Below, piece by piece: positions 28,202-36,954 of a DNA stretch of 36,954 nucleotides (within the stretch, counting starts at the first letter, position 1; every line of letters starts with the position of its first letter). The notes under the pieces were generated by a model. It was not told where the DNA came from. It was given only the letters and a program-made list of their open reading frames with translations, and made no database searches. The translations under genes and the position numbers were made by a program. Source of the DNA: Planctomycetota bacterium (GTDB taxonomy: Bacteria; Planctomycetota; MHYJ01; WSZJ01); NCBI GenBank assembly GCA_038060895.1, contig JBBTCT010000009.1, forward strand, positions 1 to 36,954, given 5' to 3'.

Positions 28202-28222
28202 CGCGCGCAGTATAAGTCCTCC

Positions 28223-29245
28223 ATGCGGCGCATCGTCGTCCTGGGCGCGGGCGGGTATTTCGGCGGGGCTGCCGCGGACCTGCTGCGCCGGCGCGGGGTG
28301 GCGCTCGAGACGGCGGCAAGGGGACGCGGCGCAGCGCTGCGCGTCGACGCCGAAGATCCGCGCTCGATCCGCGAGGCGCTTCGCGATGGCGACGTCGTCC
28401 TCGACGCCGCCGGGCCGTTCCAGCGGCGCACCGCGACGCTCCTGGAAGCGGCCATCGAGCGGCGATTCGACGTCGTCGACCTGTCCGACAGCCTTTCGTA
28501 CGCGAGGATGGCGCTTGCGATGTCGCCCCGGTTCGAGCAGGCCGGGATCCGAGTGGTGACCGCCTGCAGCTCCGCGAGCGCCGTGAGCGCGGCCCTCGTC
28601 CGCGCCAGCGGCGTTCGCGATCCGGTTGCGGCGCGGGTCTTCCTCGCGGCCGCTTCCCGCCGAAGCGCCCGCTACGGTACTTCGGCTTCGGCGCTCGAGT
28701 CCGTGGGACGGGAGATCGAGGTCTGGCGCGAGGGTCGTCGATCGGCCGCACGGGGGTGGGGCGAACCTCGCGTCTTTGAATTTCCGCCCCCGGTCGGACG
28801 GACCACGGCGCGGCTGGTCGAGTTTCCGGACGCGCTGTTCCTTCCCCGGGCGTTTCCCACCCTTCAGCGCGTGGAGTCCCGCGCGGCGACCCGGATCCGC
28901 GGCCTCGATGTTTTTCTTTCGGCCGCCGCCCGCATCCCCGGCCTGCCGTCCCTCATTCGCGCCGCCCTCTCGCCCGCCGCCGTCGCTGTTCTTCGCCCCC
29001 TGGGCCGCGACGGCGGTGGACTGGGCGTCGAAGTCGAAGGCGGAAACGGGGAAGTGCGACTCGCCTCGCTGGCCGGCGCCGAGGGGGCGCATTTCATCGC
29101 CGTCGCCCCCGCCGCAATCGCCGTCCGGCGCCTGGCGGAAGAAACCGTTCGGTCGCGGGGACTCGTGCCGACCGTCGACGCCGCGCCCGACGCGGAATTG
29201 TTCGAATGGCTCCGCGGCCTCGGTGTGAGTCTCCATCGTCCGTAG
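28223..29245 (+). CDS. saccharopine dehydrogenase-like NAD(P)-binding oxidoreductase
   Basis: IVVLGAGGYFG Rossmann motif, VVLDAAGPFQ, VVDLSD. Confidence 0.85.
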   Translation: MRRIVVLGAGGYFGGAAADLLRRRGVALETAARGRGAALRVDAEDPRSIREALRDGDVVLDAAGPFQRRTATLLEAAIERRFDVVDLSDSLSYARMALAMSPRFEQAGIRVVTACSSASAVSAALVRASGVRDPVAARVFLAAASRRSARYGTSASALESVGREIEVWREGRRSAARGWGEPRVFEFPPPVGRTTARLVEFPDALFLPRAFPTLQRVESRAATRIRGLDVFLSAAARIPGLPSLIRAALSPAAVAVLRPLGRDGGGLGVEVEGGNGEVRLASLAGAEGAHFIAVAPAAIAVRRLAEETVRSRGLVPTVDAAPDAELFEWLRGLGVSLHRP

Positions 29246-29335
29246 CGAACCGTTCGTCCCGTTCAGCAATTTCGCCGGGACGAATCAGCGGATTCAACGC
29301 TTCTTCGACCAAGCAGCCTCGGCTACCGTCGCGAC

Positions 29336-30712
29336 ATGAGCACCCCGATGCCCTGGAACCTGTCCTCTCCCTGTTCCCGCCTGAACTACCTCCTCTGGGG
29401 CGGCGCTCTCGGCTTTCTCAAGTTCAACCTCGATCGCTTCCTGGTCGTCCGGTCGGGAAACTCCCGCTGGTCTCCTCTCTATTATTTTGAACAGTCGGAC
29501 TTCTTCGGGGTTTTCGCCACCGCCCGGGACTACCGCCAGTCGGTTCTTCTCCTGGTTCTCTGCGCGCTCCCGTTCGTATGGCTGGGCATCTCCCTCACCG
29601 TCCGCCGCCTGAAGTCCGCAGGCCTTACCCCGGGGCTCGCCCTTCTCTTCTTCGTCCCTCTCGTCAACATCCTCTTCTTCATCGTCCTTTGCCTCCTCCC
29701 CGACCGGACCGAATCCGCACCCTGCAGTCCGCCTGCTGAGTCGTGGCTCCGCCGCTTCATGCCCGAGACTCCTTTCTACGCCGCCGTCATGTCCGCCCTC
29801 CTCCTCGCCCCCCTCGGCGTCGCCCTCGCCGTCTTCTCCACCCACTGGCTCAAGGACTACGGCGCCGGCCTCTTCGTCGGCCTCCCGTTCGCCCTCGGCT
29901 TCCTCTCCGTCCTCCTCTACGGCGCCGCAGGCCCCCGCGGCTTCGCCTCGTGCTTCCTCGTCGCCGCCTCCGTCACCGCCGTCGTGGGCGGAGCGCTCGT
30001 CGCCTTCGCGGTCGAAGGAATCATCTGCGTCCTCATGGCCGCCCCGATCGGGATGTTTCTTTCCTTCATGGGCGCCGCATTCGGATGGACCATCCATCGC
30101 GCCTACTGGCTCGCCCGCTCCTCCGATGCGCTGGCCCTCGCGCTCCTCGCCGCCGTGCCGGCGTTGATGGGAAGCGAAGCGGCGTTCCGACCGGTCCCGC
30201 CGTTGTTCGAAGTGACGACCGCCGAGGAGATCGACGCTCCGCCCGGAGTCGTCTGGCGCCATGTCGTCTGTTTCTCGGAAATTCCACCGGGCGACGACTG
30301 GGTCTTCCGCATCGGGATCGCTTCGCCGCGCCGCGCCATTGTTTCGGGAAGCGGCCCAGGGGCCGTCCGCCATTGCGAGTTCACGACGGGCGCATTCGTC
30401 GAGCCGATCACAATCTGGGATGAACCCAACGTGCTGCAGTTCGACGTCGTGAGCCAACCGCCACCGATGGAAGAGTGGTCACCGTGGAACGAAGTTCATC
30501 CCCCTCACCTGGACGACTTCCTGCGGTCGAAAGGGGGCCGCTTCCGCCTCGTGCCCCTCGATGGCGGCCGCCGGACGCGGCTGGAGGGGACGACCTGGTA
30601 CGAGCACAGCATCTGGCCGTCGGCGTACTGGCGGATCTACAGCGACGCGCTGATTCACCGGATTCATCGGCGGGTGTTGCGACACATTAAGGGTGAGGCT
30701 GAGGTGCGGTGA
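29336..30712 (+). CDS. DUF805 membrane domain + multi-TM + SRPBCC/START-like fusion protein
   Basis: LTVRRLKSAG..LLFFVPLVN (DUF805); EGIICVLMAAP; IDAPPGVVW..GPGAVRHCEF..EPITIWDEP..TRLEGTTWY. Confidence 0.85.
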   Translation: MSTPMPWNLSSPCSRLNYLLWGGALGFLKFNLDRFLVVRSGNSRWSPLYYFEQSDFFGVFATARDYRQSVLLLVLCALPFVWLGISLTVRRLKSAGLTPGLALLFFVPLVNILFFIVLCLLPDRTESAPCSPPAESWLRRFMPETPFYAAVMSALLLAPLGVALAVFSTHWLKDYGAGLFVGLPFALGFLSVLLYGAAGPRGFASCFLVAASVTAVVGGALVAFAVEGIICVLMAAPIGMFLSFMGAAFGWTIHRAYWLARSSDALALALLAAVPALMGSEAAFRPVPPLFEVTTAEEIDAPPGVVWRHVVCFSEIPPGDDWVFRIGIASPRRAIVSGSGPGAVRHCEFTTGAFVEPITIWDEPNVLQFDVVSQPPPMEEWSPWNEVHPPHLDDFLRSKGGRFRLVPLDGGRRTRLEGTTWYEHSIWPSAYWRIYSDALIHRIHRRVLRHIKGEAEVR

Positions 30713-30811
30713 CCTGATCAGCAAGCCTGCATCTGCTGCCCTGGGTGCGCGAGAGTTACGACACCGCGTCGCCCTATTGCCAGAAAACGCCATCGGCCGT
30801 GAGGACCTCGA

Positions 30812-31534
30812 TTACTTGATCGCTTCCCTCAGCGCCCGCACGGCCGCCCCCGCATCAGGCTCGCGAAACACCGCCGTCCCTGCGACAAACGCATCAGCGC
30901 CTGCCCCGGCGCACCTCCCGATCGTCGCAGGCGAAATCCCGCCGTCCATCTCGACGTGCGCGCTTCCGCAGAACCCGCGGATCTCCTTCACTTTCGGCAC
31001 GACTTCTTCCAGGAACTTTTGCCCGCCGAATCCGGGCCAGACGGACATGACGAGGAAGAGGTCTACCTCGCCCGAGAGAAAGCTGACGACCGAGGCTGGC
31101 GTGTCGGGGTTGAGGGCGACCCCGGCAGCCTTTCCGAGTCCCCGGATCGTGGCGACGATTTCACGGGCCATGGCGAGGCCGTGGGGGGGAAGAGGACGCG
31201 GAAGGGCCCATCCGCGCTCCTTCTTCTGGCGACCAGCGGGCGGGACGCAGGCCTCGATGTGGAAGATGATCCGGTCGGCGCCGGCCTTGGCGAAGGACTC
31301 GGCATAGAAGAGCGGGTCCTCGATCATGAGGTGAGTATCGAGGAAGAGTTTCGTCACGCGGCGCGAGGCCTCGACGACCGGGACGCCGAAGGAGATGTTC
31401 GGGACGAAGTGGCCGTCCATGACGTCGAGGTGGAGCCAGTCGGCGCCGGCGGACTCGGCCTTCCGGATTTCGTCGCCGATGCGGGTGAAGTCGGCCGCGA
31501 GAAGTGACGGGGCGATGATCGGTGCGGTGGGCAT
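30812..31534 (-). CDS. rpe: ribulose-phosphate 3-epimerase
   Basis: [45 protein letters not shown]. Confidence 0.96.
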   Translation of the reverse strand: MPTAPIIAPSLLAADFTRIGDEIRKAESAGADWLHLDVMDGHFVPNISFGVPVVEASRRVTKLFLDTHLMIEDPLFYAESFAKAGADRIIFHIEACVPPAGRQKKERGWALPRPLPPHGLAMAREIVATIRGLGKAAGVALNPDTPASVVSFLSGEVDLFLVMSVWPGFGGQKFLEEVVPKVKEIRGFCGSAHVEMDGGISPATIGRCAGAGADAFVAGTAVFREPDAGAAVRALREAIK

Positions 31535-32695
31535 TCAGGCGGGGCTCAGAGCCGCGACTCCGGGCAGGTCGATTCCCTCCAGGAATTCGAGGGACGCCCC
31601 GCCGCCGGTGCTGACGTGCGTCATCTTTCCCTCGAGCCCGAAATCGGTCACCGCGGCGGCCGTGTCTCCACCGCCGATCACCGTCGTCGCCTTCAGGCCC
31701 GCGAGGCATTCGGCCAGCGCCTTCGTCCCCTTCGCGAACGCGGGCATCTCAAACACCCCGACCGGACCGTTCCAGACGATCGTGGCCGCCTTCTTCAGCA
31801 CTTCGACGTAAGTGCCGATCGTCGCAGGCCCGATATCAAGCGCCATGCGGTCATCGGGGATCGAGGAAACGATGCTCGCGGGCGAATCCGCCTTGAACTC
31901 TGCCGCCACCACGTGGTCCGCCGGGAGGAGAATCTTCGGCGACGTCAGTCTTCGCGCGACCTCCAGAGTTTCCACCTCAAAGATGCTCTTGCCGATGGGT
32001 TGTCCCTTCGCCTTCAGGAACGTGTACGCCATCCCGCCCCCGATGAGGATCTGGTCACAGACCTTCGACAGGTTCTCGATCACCTTGATCTTGTCGCTCA
32101 CCTTCGCGCCGCCCAGGATCGCCACGAAAGGCCGCTTCGGGTTATCCAGCAATCCACCGAGCGCGCGCAGTTCCTTCTCCATGAGCGGCCCCGCGGCGGA
32201 TTTCAGGAGTTTCGTCACGCCGACCGTCGAGGCGTGCGCGCGGTGCGAAGAGCCGAAAGCGTCGTTGACGAAGACATCGCCCATCCGCGCGAGCTTTGCC
32301 GCGAAGGCGTCGTCGTTTTTTTCTTCCTCGGCGTAAAAGCGGACGTTTTCGAGAAGCGCGACTTCCCCGGATTGAAGCGAGTTCACGACTTTCTCGGCTT
32401 CGGGGCCGACGCAGTCAGTCACGAAGACAACCGGTCGTTCGAGCAGTTCCGCGAGCCGCCGGGCCGCCGGCGCGAGCGTGTACTTCGGATCTTTCTTCCC
32501 CTTGGGCCGGCCGAGGTGGGAACAGAGGACCAGTTTCCCCCCGCGACGCAGGACGTCGACGATGGCCGGCAGGGAAGCGCGGATGCGGGTGTCGTCGGTG
32601 ATCTGGCCGGCGTCGTCCTGGGGGACGTTGAAGTCCACGCGCATCAGGACGCGCTTCGAAGAAACGTCCAGCGAGGAAAGCGTGAGTTTTTTCAC
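31535..32695 (-). CDS. pgk: phosphoglycerate kinase
   Basis: [59 protein letters not shown]; GTG start at 32695. Confidence 0.96.
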   Translation of the reverse strand: MKKLTLSSLDVSSKRVLMRVDFNVPQDDAGQITDDTRIRASLPAIVDVLRRGGKLVLCSHLGRPKGKKDPKYTLAPAARRLAELLERPVVFVTDCVGPEAEKVVNSLQSGEVALLENVRFYAEEEKNDDAFAAKLARMGDVFVNDAFGSSHRAHASTVGVTKLLKSAAGPLMEKELRALGGLLDNPKRPFVAILGGAKVSDKIKVIENLSKVCDQILIGGGMAYTFLKAKGQPIGKSIFEVETLEVARRLTSPKILLPADHVVAAEFKADSPASIVSSIPDDRMALDIGPATIGTYVEVLKKAATIVWNGPVGVFEMPAFAKGTKALAECLAGLKATTVIGGGDTAAAVTDFGLEGKMTHVSTGGGASLEFLEGIDLPGVAALSPA

Positions 32696-32709
32696 GGGCT
32701 GCCGGTGCG

Positions 32710-34479
<1,770 letters not shown>

Positions 34480-34517
34480 TTTCGCGAACTTCAGGCCCCG
34501 TCGCGCGATCAAGATCC

Positions 34518-35063
34518 ATGGACATCCGCTTCCTCCCCGAGACCGATCTCGAGCGCGCTGTCTGCGCGGATCCCGAGTGGCAGGCCGGCGCGGCCTGGGG
34601 GACGCCGCGGCCGGGGCATCCGGAGGGAAGTGTCGCGGCGCACGTGGCGGACGTGCTCTCGAATGTCGAGAAGGTCGCGACATCACCCGGGGAGCGCGCG
34701 AAGCTCCGCTTGATTGCGATTCTCCACGATGCCTGCAAGCACAGGGTCGACGAGTCGCGCAACCGCACGGGCGACAACAACCACGCGGTTCTCGCGCGTC
34801 GCCTCGCGGAGCGGTTCACCGCCGACCTTGAGATTCTCGAGGTGATCGAGCTGCACGACGAGGCCTACAACTCCTGGCGCCTGTTCACGCGCGGCCGGGT
34901 TCCGCGCGCCGAGGAGCGCATCCGCATTCTGGTGGAGCGCCTCGGCCCCTCGCTGCCGCTCTACCTGAGATTCTTTCGCGCCGACAACGGGGTGCCCGGG
35001 AAGGATCCGTCGCCGACGGAATGGTTCGAATCGAGGATTCCGCCGGCTTCCTGCAGCAGCTAG
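34518..35063 (+). CDS. HD-domain phosphohydrolase
   Basis: GHPEGSVAAH, AILHDACK, NNHA, LHD, RADN. Confidence 0.85.
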   Translation: MDIRFLPETDLERAVCADPEWQAGAAWGTPRPGHPEGSVAAHVADVLSNVEKVATSPGERAKLRLIAILHDACKHRVDESRNRTGDNNHAVLARRLAERFTADLEILEVIELHDEAYNSWRLFTRGRVPRAEERIRILVERLGPSLPLYLRFFRADNGVPGKDPSPTEWFESRIPPASCSS

Positions 35064-35073
35064 ACTCGCCGCT

Positions 35074-35832
35074 GTGATTCCTCTCCTCGACGCGCCGGTC
35101 ATCCCTCCGAAATCCCGCCAGGCCGCGGCGCCTGCCACGACCGAGGCCGTCGCGGTGGTGTGCGCGTACAACGAGGCGGCGCACATCGAGGCCGTGGTTC
35201 GCGGCGCTTCGAAACACGTGCCGGTGGTCGTCGTGGACGACGGCTCGCGCGACGAAACCGCGGAAATTGCCAGCCGGACGGGCGCCTGGGTGTTGCGCAA
35301 GCCAAAGAATGCAGGGAAGGGCGCGGCGCTCGTGACAGGGTTCCGGTGGGCGGTGCGAAACGGTTACAAGGCGGTGGTCTGCCTCGATGGCGACGGGCAG
35401 CACGACACGGAAGAGATCCCGAAGTTCCTCGACCTGTGGCGACTCGGGCACCAGGCCGTGTTTGGAAACCGCATGCAGGACGTCACGACCATGCCTGCCG
35501 TCCGGCTGGCCGTAAACCGGCTGATGGGAACCACGGTCAGCACGCTGGCCGGCTATCGCATCGCCGATCCCCAGTGCGGTTTCCGCCTCTACAGCGCGGG
35601 GTGCCTGAGATCCCTGCGCGTGAAAACGGTTCGCTACGATGCGGAAGCGGAAATTGCAGTACAGGTGGCCCGCGCGGGTTACAAAGTCGTCTCGATTCCC
35701 GTCCGCACCATCTACCAGGCCGCCATCAAGTCGAAAATCCGCCCGCTGATCGATACGATCCGGTTCTTGCGCATCGTTGTGTACTACTCCATGGTCCGCC
35801 ACCCGGACTGGAAAGGAACTCCGCCGGTATGA
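35074..35832 (+). CDS. glycosyltransferase family 2 (DPM1-like polyprenol-phosphate glycosyltransferase)
   Basis: AYNE, VVDDGSRD, NAGKGAAL, LDGDGQH, DPQCGFR. Confidence 0.9.
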   Translation: MIPLLDAPVIPPKSRQAAAPATTEAVAVVCAYNEAAHIEAVVRGASKHVPVVVVDDGSRDETAEIASRTGAWVLRKPKNAGKGAALVTGFRWAVRNGYKAVVCLDGDGQHDTEEIPKFLDLWRLGHQAVFGNRMQDVTTMPAVRLAVNRLMGTTVSTLAGYRIADPQCGFRLYSAGCLRSLRVKTVRYDAEAEIAVQVARAGYKVVSIPVRTIYQAAIKSKIRPLIDTIRFLRIVVYYSMVRHPDWKGTPPV

Positions 35833-36716
35833 TCCGCCTCGCGTCAGTCCCGGCGCTTCCGGACTCCCCGTCCTACCCCGACGCCGGCCTCGACGGCATC
35901 GAGGCAATGGCGGGTCCCGACAATCGCGCCCACGCGCCGGCCGGAACGGTCGGGTTGCGGTTGACGCTTCCACTGTGCTGGCGCGAAGCCTGGCTGGGGC
36001 TGCCGGAAGCGGCGCAGCTGATGACCCGGGTGCCGACACGCGACGAGATGGTGGAGCACCTGGCGGCGGGGATCGACGAAGCCCGGCGTTTGCGCGTGAA
36101 GTACGTCGCGATCCGCGCTTCGCACGGCACGCCGGAAGGGATCCTGACGGGGCGGCACGGATACACCGATTACGACGTGCTGATGGCGCTGGCGGAATGG
36201 TTGTTTCTGGCGATGGGGGAGCGCGACCAGGGGTTCGAGGTGCTGTTCGAGAACACATGGCACGCGGGGTTGAGGTGGAACGAGCCGAAGCTGGCGCAGC
36301 AGCTGCTCGACAAGATCCGGCATCCGCGGGTGGCGTTCTCGCTAGACGTCGGGGCGTGGCTGCTGGTGAGCGGCGGGACGCAGACGGAAACGGCGGATCT
36401 GCGCCGGCTGAAGAACTTCGCGAAGACGCTTGGGCCGATCGCCCAGAGATTCCGCGCGCTCGTGATGCGCCGTCCGGCGAATGCGCCCGTCGCGAGCGAC
36501 CTGGTGAAAAAGGTGAGGGCGACCGAAGACCCCTCTGAAAAGCTGAAGATCGCGGCGCAGTATGACGCCGCGGTGGACGCGCACCAGCCGTGGGTGAGCG
36601 CGCAGTTGAAGGAACTCGTGGAGATCGTGCAGCCGGCTTACGTGATTCACCGGTTGAAGGGGGAAGGGGCGAAGTGGGCGGAGATGGTGAGGAGGCAGGA
36701 CGGGCTGGTGACGTAA
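35829..36716 (+). CDS. xylose isomerase/AP endonuclease 2-like TIM-barrel protein, divergent
   Basis: GLDGIE, VLFENTWHAGL, FSLDVG, DAHQPW, PAYVIH; ATGA overlap with the GT2 gene. Confidence 0.7.
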   Translation: MIRLASVPALPDSPSYPDAGLDGIEAMAGPDNRAHAPAGTVGLRLTLPLCWREAWLGLPEAAQLMTRVPTRDEMVEHLAAGIDEARRLRVKYVAIRASHGTPEGILTGRHGYTDYDVLMALAEWLFLAMGERDQGFEVLFENTWHAGLRWNEPKLAQQLLDKIRHPRVAFSLDVGAWLLVSGGTQTETADLRRLKNFAKTLGPIAQRFRALVMRRPANAPVASDLVKKVRATEDPSEKLKIAAQYDAAVDAHQPWVSAQLKELVEIVQPAYVIHRLKGEGAKWAEMVRRQDGLVT

Positions 36717-36793
36717 CGGGATTCCTTGCGGAGTTCCCGGGGGATCTCAAAACCCGCCGGTCCGCCGGGACGCTTCACCCGGACAAATACAAC

Positions 36794-36821
36794 TTGTGTC
36801 TCTTGGTCACCCCCCTAAAAT
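36794..36821 (+). promoter_or_regulatory. candidate sigma70 promoter of the tRNA
   Basis: TTGTGT-N16-TAAAAT followed by a GC-rich discriminator, 13 nt before the tRNA. Confidence 0.45.
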
Positions 36822-36834
36822 GTCGCCCGCACTC

Positions 36835-36909
36835 CGGGGCGTAGCTCAGCCTGGCTAGAGCGCTTGGTTCGGGACCAAGAGGCCGCTGGTTCGAATCCAG
36901 TCGCCCCGA
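36835..36909 (+). tRNA. tRNA-Pro(CGG), 3' CCA not encoded
   Basis: Acceptor CGGGGCG/CGCCCCG, D arm GCTC/GAGC, anticodon arm CTTGG-TT CGG GA-CCAAG, T arm GCTGG-TTCGAAT-CCAGT. Confidence 0.97.
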
Positions 36910-36954
36910 TTTGAAGTCGTGAAGCCAGAAAGCCCGGGTGGCCTCGGCGGACCT

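Noticed and set aside
29254-29285. Hairpin TTCGTCCCG...CGGGACGAA after the oxidoreductase
   Set aside because: Large loop and no U-tract; too weak to call a terminator.

Overview
GC-rich bacterial chromosomal segment. The gene content (many secreted HEAT/TPR/vWA proteins, a giant VIT-vWA protein) suggests Planctomycetota, which is an inference. From left to right: (1) a decaying accessory region (1-4000) with a 5'-disrupted ATP-grasp gene, an orphan ORF and a chromate-resistance-type locus, made of a split ChrB (one N-domain gene, two C-domain genes) flanked by a collapsed MFS pseudogene and a DUF1259 pseudogene, with no chrA; (2) a 2860-aa FecR-VIT-vWA-(LolA-like)-TPR protein with a sigmaE-like promoter; (3) a serine hydrolase, a GNAT and a candidate sigma54-driven operon of three secreted proteins; (4) a MacAB-like ABC efflux operon, a long palindrome, orphan rfbC, a small His/Arg-rich secreted protein and a TPR protein; (5) accD followed by three HEAT-repeat genes; (6) an oxidoreductase, a DUF805-SRPBCC fusion and gap-pgk-rpe; (7) a tandem-repeat palindrome, a stand-alone class III cyclase with substituted catalytic residues next to an HD protein, a GT2, a degenerate TIM barrel and tRNA-Pro(CGG). 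No CRISPR array, rRNA, integrase or intact transposase was seen. All family calls are from motif recognition by eye, without database searches.
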